The notes under the pieces are model-generated. The model searched no databases. It worked only from the letters and a program-made list of their open reading frames with translations, and was not told where the DNA came from. From Ramazzottius varieornatus (Eukaryota > Animalia > Tardigrada): DNA of 64,000 bases. The DNA is taken from positions 2,983,267-3,047,266 of the forward strand of contig BDGG01000004.1 of assembly GCA_001949185.1 (NCBI GenBank). Reading direction: 5' to 3'. Position numbers and translations under genes: made by a program. The first letter of the stretch is position 1, and every line of letters starts with the position of its first letter. Positions 24,613-41,100 of this stretch are shown here, in pieces.

Positions 24613-24968
24613 CAGAAACTCCTATATCTTGCTGTGCTCAGTCATCCACCAAAGGGAGCTGATGCCAGACACTCCTGCACCGGATCTGCAAAGAAGAAAT
24701 GTGGGTATAAAAGCCAAGCGAAATTTCGCTTGCATTTTCGCTTGGCATTAGAACCTTACTTACTGACAACATTATTGTAAAACCCTAAATCTATCCGGGT
24801 CGTGCATGACGTGATGTGGTGTAACATAACGCAGGGCAGCGCGATTGCTACCCTTCGCCCAAGAACTTGAGAGTGGTTGACACGTTCTTGAAGTCACGAC
24901 CAAGTTTTCACATCAAAATCTTGATTTTTGAAGACACTTTGACTTAGTAGTGCATCATCGCTGAGTTT

Positions 24969-25158
24969 TTATCCTATCTGCTTTCCTCTCGCCGATTATT
25001 TTATTCTGCATATAGGAATTTTTGGGTTGGTGATCCATAAGCTACCATCATACGTGACAGGTTGGCCGATAACGATTTCCCGATAAGTACTCCAGACAGA
25101 AACGGATGTGGGAAATTGATTACAACTATGTAGGTTGATAAGGTGGCTGATAAGATAG
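24969..25158. promoter_or_regulatory. Cluster of 7 GATA-core sites in the divergent Grl/CRYL1 intergenic region
   Basis: TTATC 24969, CTATCT 24974, CGATAA 25067 and 25081, TGATAA 25136 and 25148, AGATAG 25153. Confidence 0.4.
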
Positions 25159-25323
25159 CTTTAAGCTGTTGTATTGGCTGCGTAAAGTACTTCAGAGCTG
25201 ATTGTGAGATATAGGGCAATTTTACTTAACAATCAGAAATTCAGAAGGAAAATTTCCATGTTTTTGGGAAGTATGCGTAGGCCTTAAAATTCCGGGAGCT
25301 GGCACTACCACGCTATCGCTGAG

Positions 25324-26536
25324 ATGGCGACCTTCTCCGCTGCTTTTTTGCCAAAAGTAGGCATCGTCGGAGCCGGGTTGATTGGACGCAGTTGGGCCAT
25401 GCTGTTTGCTGCAGGTGAGCCGCCGCGCATATCTTCTCCAAGCTAGATTCTGTTTTTTAACATCATAACAACATCAGAAATAAAAAATGAAAAAATGTGT
25501 CCTAGCCGGATATCGCGTTTCTTTGTACGATTCTCTCGAGGGCGCTGCGGAAAAAGCTCTCGAACTCATCCTCAAGCAGCTAACTTCCTTAAAGGAGCAG
25601 GACCTTCTTAGAGGAAAATGTCAACATGCAGAGGAGCAGCATGCTTTGATCTCGGCGGCACATTCTCTGGAAGACTGCGTCACGAACTCGGTATATGTAC
25701 AAGAATGTGTTCCCGAAGACCTCGAGCTTAAACGCACCGTGTGGCGGTGAGCGCAAATCTAAAACTATATCAGTTTTTAGTTTCTTATCCATGTACGATA
25801 TAAAACATGCGAGTATTTTCCTCCTAGGCTGATCGATTATTTCGTCGATGATGAGAGCGTAGTACTAGCCAGCTCGACCAGCTGCATACCTTCTTCTAAG
25901 TTCTCGGAGGACCTCAAACATCGCGCGCAAGTCCTGGTAGCGCATCCCATAAACCCGCCATACTTTGTTCCCTTGGTCGAGATCGTTCCGGCGTCCTGGA
26001 CCTCACCAGCCATCGTGGAAAAAGCACGCAAGATGCAAACAGAGTTAGGGCAGTCTCCCGTAACCCTGAAGAAGGAAGTAGCTGGGTTCGCGTTGAATCG
26101 ACTACAGTATCCAGTGTTGAACGAATGCTGGAATATGGTTGAACAGGGCCTGCTTTCCGTCGAAGACGTCGACCGTGTTGTAAAGGTAAGAACTGCTGCA
26201 TTGGTACCTATAGCTCGGTGAGCCTTTCCTCTTTCGTTTGAATTGCAGGACGGGCTGGGACCTCGATATGCGTTCATGGGACCTTTCGAAACCATTCACC
26301 TCAACGCGGAAGGAATTCGTAATTACTGTGAGCGGTATGGGGAGACGATATGGGATGTTTCACAAACTCTGGGCTTTGTACCGAAGATATCGGCTTCGAG
26401 CTCCGTATGTGATAAACTTGAAGAAGACATCCAAAGAAAAATCCCAATTGATTCACTGGCTGAACGTCGTCAATGGCGGGACGAAAAGCTGGCGTCCTTG
26501 GCCAAACTGAGGCGATCTGACAAAGAATCGCTATGA
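25324..26536 (+). CDS. CRYL1: Lambda-crystallin homolog (L-gulonate 3-dehydrogenase), 4 exons
   Basis: [84 protein letters not shown]. Confidence 0.96.
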
Positions 26537-27248
26537 GAAGAATTCACAGGGTCTTTTCACTGAATTCACTGTCATTATTTTAGCTTCACCTATCAGTTGT
26601 TGCACCTTCACTTTTATAGTACACGTGGGAGATAAGAGGCAGGAAGTTACTGTCCAAAAGCTCAAGGAGAACGGGGCCATTGGCCAACAATTTTCCTTGA
26701 TGAATTTTCATCTTTGTTCTCGGGTGTCACTAGTATTTCGGTTGACTTTAAGTAATATTCAAGTCGACAACTCGGAGGTGCGGTTCGGGCAGAGAGCTTG
26801 CAAATTTTCCCCGCTGCTGCTTATTTACTGTAAATGCTGCTTGGAATCCAGTTTCCGGTGCTGGATCGCCGTTGGCCCGTGGAAGAGTAGATAGGTCATA
26901 GGTGGACCAGTGCCGAACTCCATCTGGCGGTCGCCTGCTGATACACAAAGCGAAGAGAACTGGGCGGGAAATCAAAATCTTGATTGTCCTAACTGTGCGT
27001 GCTCAAAAGTCAAAACGAAAACAGCTTCGTTTGTTTCGCTCCTCCGTTTCCCACTTTTCCTCCCGAGATTCCAGCCCTGTTATCTTGTTGCAGGACCTGA
27101 GGTGACCATTCTTGTTGTAGCTCAACTCATAGCGTGTATTCCTTCACGGAACGTGACTAAGATTTAGAGAACTGAAAGCCCTCAGAACGCCGTTTTTCTC
27201 CACCTCATCCCACCGGAAGTTGGAGAAAGTTACTATTCCTTATCCTCC

Positions 27249-29195
27249 ATGGAAGTCAGTCCGCGTAAGACTCGATCCGCCACACTCAAGACACCCAAGA
27301 AATCGACGGTATCCACGCCAGGTCACTCGGTGAACACGTCACCGCTGAAGAAACGGGTGACCAGCCCGAAGAGACTCCTGTGTTCCCCGAAGAAGTATCT
27401 ATCTCCAAAAAAGGCCATCGCCACTCCGGCCACAGCAGACTTCTGTACGCCAAGGAAAAGTGCTCCCTCGGTGAAACTATCTCAGCCCAACACTCCTGTC
27501 AGGCTGAGGAAGTCCACGCCGAAGAAGGATATTCAGCAGGAGATCTTGTGCGAACGCGATGATGAGATCGCCACCATCCGACGCTTTGTGGAGACGCATT
27601 ACAAGGATGAACTGCCCGGATCTTTGTACATCTCTGGGAAGCCTGGAACGGGTAAAACAGCATGCGTGAACGATGTGCTCGCTGGTTATGCCGTAAGTGT
27701 AAATTTTTTGAAGAAAAAGTTGTATTTACGGAAGTACATGCTGGATAATTGTCTGATTTTTTACAGGGAGAGAAATACTATGTAAATTGTATGGGGATAG
27801 AGGATCCCAAAACGATCTACTCTCAGCTTGTGGCGGATATTACTGGGCAAAGCCGGAACCAGCTTCCGCAAACTCCTTCGCGCCATAAATTGTTTGCAGT
27901 GAGATTGGAGAAGATGCTGTGTGGCAACTATACAGACATGAAGTACGTCCGAATACTCCTAATATCCTCGATATACCTATATGGATTACCTTCGTCCTTG
28001 TAGGCTGATTGTGCTGGATGAAATCGACCAGCTAAGAATGACAACGAACCTTGAAATTCTTCATCAAGTGTTCCTCTGGCCGACATTGAAGAACTCACGG
28101 GTGATTCTTATTGGTAAGTGTACAAAGGTCCATGATTTGGTTCGCTTCCGGGTGAGCTCTAGTTCTCCCCTAATACTGCTTTTTCGTAGGTATATCGAAT
28201 CTTTTAGATTTTACCAATCAGCTGATCTCCAAACTACGATTTCCGAGAGGTTTTGAGCCCGAGTCGCTTGAGTTCAAACCCTACAGCGCGGACCAGCTAA
28301 ACAAGATACTTGACAAGAAGTTAGAGAAAATTTCCATAGACGAGGGATGCAGCTTCGACAAGGTGGCTACAAAACTTTGTGCTATGAAGACGGCAGCCAG
28401 CAGTGGGGATATCCGTATGGCTTTCAGCATCTGCAGGTAAATTCCGTCTGAAAAAGTTATAACAACAGTAGAAACTAATGGAAAACACAACCTTGTAATA
28501 AACCAACCAGAAATTCGAGAGCACTCAGGATAATGGTACCGGTAGTTAATTATTGGAATGATTTCAGGAGAGGCGCTCGTTCAGCTGCGAAACAGAAAAA
28601 TGAGACGGAAAATTCAACCGAAAATGGTATGCGGTACAGAATGATTGACGTTCTTCTTTGGAGAGTTTTGCTTACAACGCATCCTTCGTTCTTCCAGAAC
28701 CTTTGAAGGAATTAGGGGGAAAAAGAAAAGACTTCGAAGTGAAGATTTCTCACATCCATTCCGTTCTCACCGAACATGCTGCGGCAAATGACACTGGAAA
28801 GTTGCCTCTTCAACAGCGGCTCATAGTGTGCTGCGTTCTGGTGATGCTGCGGAGCAAAAAGCCCATAAACATTGGTTCGGTAAGTAATGTCGTTCCACCC
28901 AGGAAATATACTGTGACTCTGCTTGATGGCTTAAGCAGTTCCTCCTCTTCGACTCTGATGTGTTTTGATTTAGCTCGCCGACAAGTACGCCGATATTTGT
29001 CCTTCGCAAGGCTTACCTGGGCTATCGCCCGCCGATATTGTGGACCTTTGTGATATCTTGAGCTCTCTGGGAGTTCTACATGTGAAACGCGAAAAGCTCG
29101 TCAGGCAGTCCAAAGTTTCCTTAAAGCTGGCAGCAGAAGATGCAATATCCAGCTTTGTGGGCAAGCCTCTGATGGACTCCATACTCAGCAGCTAA
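27249..29195 (+). CDS. CDC6: Cell division control protein 6 (AAA+ replication licensing factor)
   Basis: S/T-P-x-K CDK-site-rich N-terminus, SLYISGKPGTGKT (Walker A), LIVLDEIDQL (Walker B), FKPYSADQL, SGDIRMAFSICR and winged-helix LPLQQRLIVCC. Confidence 0.93.
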
Positions 29196-29641
29196 CGGCG
29201 TTCCCGCCGGATCTCACGCTCTGTTACACCATCTTCTCTGGATCCCACTACGAATCTCCGACTTGTTCCAGCTATGCGTTGTACCTATGCGTCCCGACAA
29301 GTCGAACCTTTTGCTTTTGATTTGCTCTGGGTCGCAAGACGGCTGTTTGAACTGATCTTTGATGTGATATTTGCTTTTTACCAATACCAACATGGAATAT
29401 TTTGTTCTAATGTTTAGCGATAAACTGACCAACCCACAATGAAAACCTTAGGTTAAAAAAGCAGCAGAATATAATAATCATGTAGAAATCAGACATGTTG
29501 GAAAATCTTAGATCAAGGTTACCCGGCTATCAACAGCTGTCTCGACAAGGAACAGGCCAAAATGGGTAAAAATGGTATAAAACAAGAAAATGTAATTAGG
29601 CAGAATGCGACGCTTTCAACCGAGCGATTTTGTTCGACGGA

Positions 29642-31674
<2,033 letters not shown>

Positions 31675-32106
31675 GATGGAAAGATGAAAGGGTGCTGCTC
31701 CTCCAACGCAAGATGGTCCAGCAGCTGCCAAATATTCCGACGGACAGAGCGAATCGAGACGATGGTAAATGGTAATCTTTCTGCTCCCAGAATGCGAGAC
31801 CGACCTGCACTCCTGTAGCTGCATAAGCTAATACGGATGCTCAATTAAAAGCTCAAGACTCGAGAGAATCAAGGTAAAGGGCTCATTACCGAGTTTGCGA
31901 GACCAAGAAGGGTCACAAAAACACCCCAGCCCCGGGCGGAGAAAAAGTAGTGACACGGAACCGACCCCGTCAGGCGCCATGTAAATGGAAACTTGAAATT
32001 TCCATTTGTTTATGTTTCCCTGTATCAGAACTTGCATGCTCGGCGTTCATCCAGGCTTCTCGTCTAACAAGTTGCGTAAAGTTCCTAGCCTGTGAGCGGC
32101 TCTATC

Positions 32107-34985
32107 ATGGCGGCAGTTGAAGCTATCCGACGGGAGACGACAATGGACGATCGGGAAAGTCCAGAACGACAGGACGACGACCATGATCAGAGCCGCAGGA
32201 CAGATTCCCCGCCGCGATCACCTCCCGATGTGAGCACAAACTCCCTTGGATCCCGCGTGGAACGCGTCAGACGAGATGTCGAAGAACCACCAGCAAAACG
32301 GACAAAGACGACGGCGCAGGACGCTTCACAGTTGTTGACAACCAAAACAGGTGGAGCATATATTCCTCCTGCGCGACTTCGCTTGATGCAAGCTGCCATT
32401 ACTGACAAGAGCAGGTACGAATACGATTCACAAGTACACTCTTGGGAGACACCTTTATATTCAGTACGAAGAGTACGGATCTTGTGGGATTTCGTGTTGA
32501 TGGTTACTTTGCTTGTTCCAGTGTTAATTACCAGAGGATTGCTTGGGAAGCTCTAAAGAAAAGTATTCATGGTCTGATCAACAAGGTCAACGTTGCGAAT
32601 ATCCAGGAGGTGGTTCTACAGCTCTTTAAAGAAAATCTTGTCCGCGGACGTGGTCTTTTCGCTCGATCCTGTATAGATGCACAGAGTCAGTCTCCTACTT
32701 TCACCCACGTTTATGCTGCGCTGGTAGCCGTCGTCAACACCAAAGTAAGATGGCTCACTTCGCCGTGCATGTATGTCGTGTCGTCGTTCAGCTTACTTAC
32801 AACGTTCTGCTTGCAGTTTCCTCAAATTGGTGAGTTGGTGCTGAAACGGCTGATCGTGAATTTTCGGAAATCGTATCGCAGGAACCAGAAAGCGACCTGT
32901 CTGGCCAGCGTGAGATTCGTTGCCCATTTGGTCAACCAGACAGTTGTAAGTTACCTTTGCTTGTCTTAAATGTGCAAGTAAATTAAACTAAACCAACAAC
33001 GCACCAGAGGGCGTAAACCATTGTACAAACCATTTTCTGGCGATTTTGTCAATCGGCTTTGTATTATAGGCAGACGAAGTGATCGCACTGGAGACTGTAA
33101 CGCTGTTACTGGAAAAGCCCACAGAAGACTCTGTGGAAGTTGCCATCGGTTTCTTGAAAGAATGCGGCTTGAAGCTGAGTGAAGTTACTCCTAAAGGCTT
33201 GAATGGTAGGAGGTTGTTCTCTCATCAGCAACGTACACTCTCATGATATGCTCGTCTCGTTTTGTACGCTGACGTTCAGTTCTCTTACAGCTGTGTTCGA
33301 TCAACTTCGCTCCATTCTACACGAAAGCGAAGTGGATACCAGAGTTCAGTACATGATCGAAGTACTGTTCGCCATCCGGAAAGATAAGTTCAAAGATCAT
33401 CCATCGGTGGTAAAGGAACTCGATCTGGTGGAAGAGGAAGATCAGTTCACTCATCCGTTGACGCTTACCGAAGATTACGATCCGGAAGACCTCTTGAGTA
33501 TGACGTGCTTCTTTCCCACATTCCATCGCGTGTCAATATTCGATTATATGGAAGGTTTTTTCCAGATGTGTTTCAGTTCGACAAGGAGTATGTGGATAAC
33601 GAGGAGAAGTACAAGGCCATCCGGCGCGAGATCCTTGACGAGGGTGACGTGGAAAGCGGGGATGAGGAAGGTGGGGACGATACTGACGAGGAGGAGGAAG
33701 AGGAGACCGAACCTCCCAAGACGGAAACGATCGTGGACAGCACCGAGACCAACCTGGTCACTTTGCGCAAGAATATCTACCTGACAATTCAGTCAAGTCT
33801 TACTCATGAAGAATGTTGTCACAAACTTCTAAAGCTGAACATCAAACCTGGTCAAGAGGTAAGCTTGTCTTCAACGATATGATATGTGAAAGTTAATCGG
33901 GAGGAAATGGTGTTCTTTTACAGATGGAGTTGTGTCACATGATTGTCGATTGTTGTGCCCAGGAAAGGAGTTACAACAAGTTTTTCGGTCTTTTGGCGCA
34001 GAGATTTTGTCAGTTGAACCAGGCTTACGTGGAACCCTTTCAGAAGATCTTTGTCGATTCCTATGACACCATTCATCGTCTCGAGACTAACAAGCTCCGT
34101 AATGTGGCGAAGTTCATGGGACATCTTCTTTTTACCGACGCCATTTCCTGGCTGGTATGTTAAGTCTGATTTCTCCTCCTTGCCGCAATGTCCAGCCAGA
34201 TCACAGTTGAGATGCTTATTTTAGGCTCTCAGCCATGTGAAACTGAACGAGGATGACACCACTTCGTCCAGCCGTATCTTCATCAAGATTTTGTTCCAAG
34301 AACTGTCGGAACAGATGCAGATGGAACCTCTCATCAAACGCATCCAGGACCCGTAGGTCTTAACTCAACAAGATTGATTTCCGAACCACCTTAGGCGCGT
34401 TCTCATCAGTGGATGATTCGAGTTTTTGGTCTTTCAGATCTCTTCAAGAAGCATTCGAAGGTTTGTTTCCGCGAGACAACCCGAAGAACACCAGATTCGC
34501 CATCAACTTCTTCACGTCGATCGGCCTGGGCGGACTGACGTAATTTTCATTCATACTTTCATAATTCTGGGGTCAGGCTGTAAGAGTCCTTTATGGAAGA
34601 TGTTGCTCCTTGCAGGGACGCTCTTCGGGAGCATCTTAAAGCTGCGCCAAAACCTCTGGCGAACCAACCCGCCGCAGTCAAAGACGAGTCTGAATCGAGT
34701 TCGAGCTCTTCTTCCGATGACGACTCTGATGACTCGTCGTCTTCTTCCTCCTCAGATTCATCTCCACCAAGGGGCCGAGCAAACGATCGGAGGGAAAGGG
34801 ATCGGAACGGGAGAGATGGTGGGAAAGAAAAGGACCAAAACGGGAAGGATCGATCAAGAGACAATCATCGAGAACGGAGGTCAGATCGAAGGGACTCTGA
34901 CAAGCGGGAACGAAGAAGAAGTCCTAGCCCGAAAAGGCATAACGAGCGAAGAAGATCCAGAGACAGGCACCGCGATCGACGATAA
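32107..34985 (+). CDS. CWC22: Pre-mRNA splicing factor CWC22 (MIF4G + MA3)
   Basis: [69 protein letters not shown] and an SD/RS-rich tail. Confidence 0.97.
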
Positions 34986-35184
34986 CCGTATTTGTGTTCT
35001 CGTTGAACGCAGAAAACAGACAATTGTTCTGTAATACGCATTACCATTTCGATTTCGCATAATTAAGTACTACTGTTGGGTAAAAATGAAAACCAATTTC
35101 ATACGTCGTATCAAATTATTCAAATCGACTTATCCGATACAAAGTAACCGAAGGAAGCATAAAAGTAATAAAAAATGGAAAGGA

Positions 35185-38100
35185 TCACAAGGGGTTTGGA
35201 TTATCATGTAAATGATCAACATCCATGGGCGGAGGAAGGTCAGGCAACGTTTTGGTCCTGCCTTGCGTCAGGTAACCCGCCACACCGGGAGTTCCTGAAA
35301 ATGCACGACCGTTAGCAGTTCTTCCTCATCGGATTAATTACTATACAACAAGATGAAATAAGAAAAAGATGGTTAGCACCGTACCTGCAGTCAAGTAACC
35401 GGAAGTGTTGCTGTTCGTAATAAAGAGATCATGTCGCTGGTCCTTGTAATCCGACCAGATTTTAGACTTGTCGAGAATGGCGGACACCTATAAGCACAGG
35501 GTTCGTCAGCAAGTAAAAATCGCCAAGATTTAGCCTCTTGATCGTCTCACTTTGTCCCCGTGCGCAAGGCTCCTGGCCATAGACTTCAGCGTCTTCACAA
35601 TATGGGCTTTCGTTCCTGACGGATTAGGGGTATACTCGAGCGGACTGTCCAGTAAGGATAACAAGAAAGGCACCAAATCACAGTTGAGCGCTTGGAGGAC
35701 GAGGTCGTCATTGGCCTCGCTGTAAATGCTGTTTAGGGCTTCGCAGGCCAGAGCGGTCATTCCTCGACTACGCTTCGTGGCCAGCTTCAGTGCACTGATG
35801 CAGTCGGTAGAAGCCGTGCTGTTCACACAGACCTGACAAGAAATAAAAATGGCGAAGATCAGAATAACATACTAGAGTTCGAAGTGAGTGCGAGTCATAG
35901 CAGACGAGCATCGAAGCAGGTGGACGTTTTGTACCAACCGTCCATCCACCTACGTACAACAACGCATTCAATCTTAGTGCAACGCAAGTAGGCAGGTGGA
36001 TGAAACAGGGGGAAGTTTGTTGTACCGGCCTTTCAGCTTTCAAATATGGAACGTATCCAGTTGGCATGTCTTACCGAACTTTTGGACAGTTGGTGTATTA
36101 TCCTGATGGTCGATGACACCACTCTGTCCTCTTTGTTCTTCAACATGGCCACCACTTTAGGAATGTAGCCAAACATGGGAACCTGGTCGGCCATCATCGG
36201 CTGAGCCTCCAGGAAAACAACAAGCGACGTAACGACCAAATCCAGCTCCTCGTCCTGCAAGAGACAATTAATCATATAATGGTCCTTCCCTAAGCAAAAA
36301 CGTCTACGTGAAAAACATACCGAGAAGTGGGAGGTGTTAGCCAGTTCGACGAATCGATCCATAACTTCAACGAAAAAGTCTTTAGGTTTTCGGAGGACCC
36401 AGCCAGGGTTCGCCACAAACAAGCGAAGGAACACGCCTCCGACAACAACCTCTCCTCGGACGTTCGTGTATATTATGTCGTAATCAGGAGGTAGCTACAA
36501 GAGAACGGCATTCCATAAGCTGAAAGGGGAGGTATGTATGTAGGAAAACTGACGACTACGGATCGCCACCTACATTCCACAGCACCGAGGGATCTTTCTT
36601 CTGCGACGCACTGAAGCTATCTTTGAGGCTCTTGACTGTCGATGCGACCTTCTCTCTTGCTTCCTCGTTCCATATAAGCTCGGGATTTTCATGAGTTCCT
36701 ACAAGCATAAATTAACTTATGGTACTGGAAGTGAATCGAAATAGAAATGATGTCATAACAGTGGACTATACCTTCGAACATGTGGACACTGGTTTCGGGT
36801 GAATCCCTCATGGCATCCATGAAAACGCTGGGAAGAAACTTCACCAATTGTAATCGTAATTTCGGACCATTCAACTTTTCACTCATCAGCTTGGACAACA
36901 GCTCCGCAGTCTTTTCACGAATCTGAGCATTGGTTGAGTTGCAGAAGAGATCCAGCAAGTATATGGTAACACCTTTGGACATGAGCTCCTTGACAATCTT
37001 GGAGTTGTAAGCCAGAGGGTGAAGAACCTCTAGTATAACCAACCGAGCTGTAAAACGTACATGGTTGCTCAGTGGAAGATAGATGAAAAGAACCAAACCA
37101 TGAGAAGAAGTTTAGTTCCGAAAAGGCTCGAAACAGTGGAAATTCCGTAACACCGACCGAGCAGAACCAACCTGATGGTAAAGATTCGATGAGGAGCAAC
37201 AGGTTCTGCATGACTTCCGCATTGGCGATGTCGTTGACGCAGTCTTTGTTACTGACCACAACAGACACCACATCCAGCGCAGAATGCTGCAGATTGGCCG
37301 CACCATCGAACCTTAGCAAGCTGAAAAGCAGCCGGAAGTGCCCGATGCATTGTATTTCAACTGATGGACTAGCGCGAATCACATTTCTCAGAGCTTGCAG
37401 CGCTTCTTCGACGTTAGCCGTCTTCTGTCTACCAACTGTAACGTCAGTCTGCGACATGGATATCAGGGAGTGAATGTACTGCGCTTGAGAACCCAGGAAG
37501 CCCAGGAGCTCGACGGTGAACAACTTCGGATTCTGAAAAACGAATAGTACGATTACTCAACAAGCCGTTCGGGATAATTGAAAATTAATGAGAAACGTTA
37601 CCTCAATCGGGAAAGTTGGTTGTTCGTTGTAAATCCGAACGAAGACATCTCCGATTACCAATTCGGTACTATGAGCTTCATGTACGTAACCAGTGCCGAA
37701 CGTCGCATCACATTCACCACCTCGTATCATCGAGTTGCGTTGGAACTCTAGGTACTCGGTGAGCTGCGCGCGGGTTCCGTTGTCCCAAAGTAGATAGGGA
37801 TTGCGCACGTTACTGTTTAGCATCTTGAGAAGCTGCAACGGCACAAACAACGGTACACGTGAACACCATTCTTTCCTTTTTACTTCACTCATATTGAATA
37901 GGTTCGAATAACCTCATGCGGGCTGATGCGTTCAAACTGGCTGGTGATGTACGGCGTCAGGAGCGTGCTGATGGCCTGGCGGATCGATGGGTTCTCCGGT
38001 GTGGAACTCTTTTCGCTGCGGAGATAACCGCCCAGTCTTGCACAGGCGACGATGCTGTATTTGGCCAGATTGTTGGCAACTTCCTATAAACGAAAAAAAT

Positions 38101-41100
38101 GGCAGCTTATAAGTTAGTCACCAGGGTCGATGGACCTCATGGTACCTGTTGGTTAGTGTCCGCGTCTCTCTCCACATTGCCTTCTTCCAAAGTGTAGTCA
38201 TACTGAAAGAGAAACAGCAGCAGATGCCACAGCACACCGGCTTTGAACAAGTGTGTCTGCAGGACGAGGTCGCTACAGAAAGCACTGACGCATTCCACGG
38301 CCACACAACATAACCGCGCAAGATGAGAATAGTACAGTAGCCGACAGAGATCTCGAATGACTTCCGGCATTTCTGCTAGCTTGGCGCAACTTTGTTCGAA
38401 CTGCGAGGAAATGGCGAAGCAGCGGGCAATGTTCATGCACACTTGGACGCCCAGATCGTCCGCCTGGGAGGAACTGTTCAGCTGGGCCACGCAGCGACCC
38501 AAAGCCTCTTCCAGGATCTCGAAGCCATGTTCTCGTCGAAGCTCCTCGACGTTGAGAGGAGAACAGGCTACGGTGTGGTAGACTAGTTCACAGGCGGATG
38601 CCAGTAGAGGAATCGGCTTGGCGAACAGACGGTCATCTTTGGTCTCCATTACCACGGTCTGGATTAGCATGGGGTAGCCAGCGTACTTGTACGGATGGAG
38701 TTCTTCTCGGTACCGACTGAAGAGAATGATCTGCGTCTTCAATATCAACAGCAGATTACCTGTAAAACGAACAATGGTATAGCTGGAGTAAAACCGATAC
38801 AATCAGGTTTACCGGCGAACCAATGGCGGAACACTTTCATAGCCCTGCATACACGTAATCACATATTATTACGGTCAACATGTATGCAGATGCGTGAAAG
38901 ACCCGGTTCAATCTCTTCAGCACTCTCGACATGGTCAGAGAGTGGCTGAATATTTTGAAAAATTCTAATAAATATTCGACGATAGGGTAAAAGTGAAGAA
39001 GGAATGAGAAGAAGAAAGCAACATCTACAGTACCTGGGTCAGGTCCGTCGGATACTTTTCCTGTTCTGCTGCACAGAAAGTCATACGCTTTATTGACTTT
39101 CTCAAAGATGTCTCGACCTTCTGGGTTCTTGTCAGGATGGTACTTCTGTGCCAGAGCGAAGTATGCCCGTCGGATGACATTCTCGTCGACAGGTTGACCA
39201 TCTTTCTTTCCCACGCCCAAGACAGCATATGCATCTTCCACCGACATGGAAGGCGGCTTCTTCTCTGTTTCCTTCTTCCATGCTTCCAGGACGTCTTTGA
39301 GCAGCTGGACAGGATCTTGTATAGGCCAGTCAGGGAAGCGTTGAACGTCACAGAGGTGTCGGAGGTAGTAGATGTTGCAGAACAGTTCGTTCTCGAGTTG
39401 CGGATAGCTAATGGTGGGGATCGGGCAGTACTGGTACAAGGCACGAGTGTTGCTTTGTAGACGGGGAGTGAAATCGGCAATGTGCGTTGCGATTTTCTCA
39501 ATCATCAACCTCCTGAGATAACCACAAACTAACTATCAAAATCAGAGCCGAAAGTTGATAATTTACGGACCTCATTTCGGCGTTCCAAATCGCTTCCGGT
39601 GAGTCGAACTCTCCCAGGAAGATTTCGGCAAACTTGTCAGGTCCATGGTTTTCCAGGTAGCAAATCATGGCTTCTGGGAGAAGAGGGGCCAGAATGCTTC
39701 GTTGGAGCATCGAGGTCGCCTTTTCATCTTCACTTCGGAACGCCTGCTTGGTGTGGGTGTAATGGAGGAACCGCCCGATGGGTAGAACGTTGGATCCGGT
39801 GTACATCATTGTGAAGAAGAAGCATCCGGTCAGGTAAAGCCGAGAAAGCTGTGGGTTATCCTGCATCACCAAGTAGAGAAGCGTGTTGACCTTCTCCACT
39901 AACGTCGAGTCGAACGTTAGCAAAAGCTAAGGAAGAAGATCCGGAAGTAATTGATTAACTTCCCGGTTGCTTTGGTAAAATTTGTTCGTGTAAGCCGAAC
40001 TGACCTGTACGATGTGCGGCAGACATGATGGATCACTCAGAATCCTCTTGGCTTTCGGAAGTGGTCGGATTACCGCATCGTCGTTGTCTCTATGAAGTAC
40101 AACAGACTTGTCAGCAATTAAATATACTTAATAACAACAAAAATTAAGAAAGAAAATACCTGCTCGGATAGAATTCACAGACTCTTATGAGCATGGACAA
40201 AATCAAGGAAGCCAGTTCACTTTCGTTCATAACAGGTGCCCCAGTTGGCATTAGTGTCCACTTCAACTGCGAAACCGTCTGTAGGGTTCGCCACCCGTCC
40301 ATTCCCTGCGACCAGCAGCGAGTCTTGGGGTTAACCGTCCCGCTGTCCCATAGGTCTTTCATTTCTTTCAGACTGAAAGGACCGAGACGCTCTTTGTCCA
40401 CGTTCCCGTAGTACCACTCCTTCTCCGTATCTCTCCGCATTTCCGGGTTGGCTTCTATCACGTTGGACTGTGCAGGCGTGTACGCTCTGTTTACGTGGAG
40501 ATGTGCCAAGGTGAGGAGCTCCACCAGAACCCGAAACCCATTAGCGTCCAGGAAATCTTTTGTGTTCTGCTTGTTGAGAAGAAGCTTGCTGATGAAGAGA
40601 ACCAGGCGATCCCTTTCCAGCTTATCAACGCACTGCAAAACGTAATCACACAATTGAAAACAACGCTGGAATTACATACGGACGCTCGACAAACAAACTC
40701 GACCCGATCGTCTTCCAAGTGGCGCACGCTTTCAGCAAATATCACTGAAAACGGGCGCCACTTGGAAAACGGTCAAGTCGACTTTGCCTGCCCACCTTGT
40801 CTAGCATGATGGTCATGTATTTTGTATCGTTGAAAGGACCAATCTGTTCAAAGCACCGAGCATACACGATGGTCATGGCTTGAAGGCAGTTACTCTTCAT
40901 CGCAGCTTTCTGTGAGAGTAAAAACCGGTGGTACAAATCAAAAAAGAACTCTTGAGGTTTGTTCATCGGGTTATCCACATCATCGTTCTCTCCTTTCTCC
41001 AACAACAACCGGAGGTAGTAGTCACCGATCTTGATTTCTTCCGCCATGCAGTTGTACGGTACTTCGAACTCGCTGTAGTTCCACGAGATGACAGTACCCG

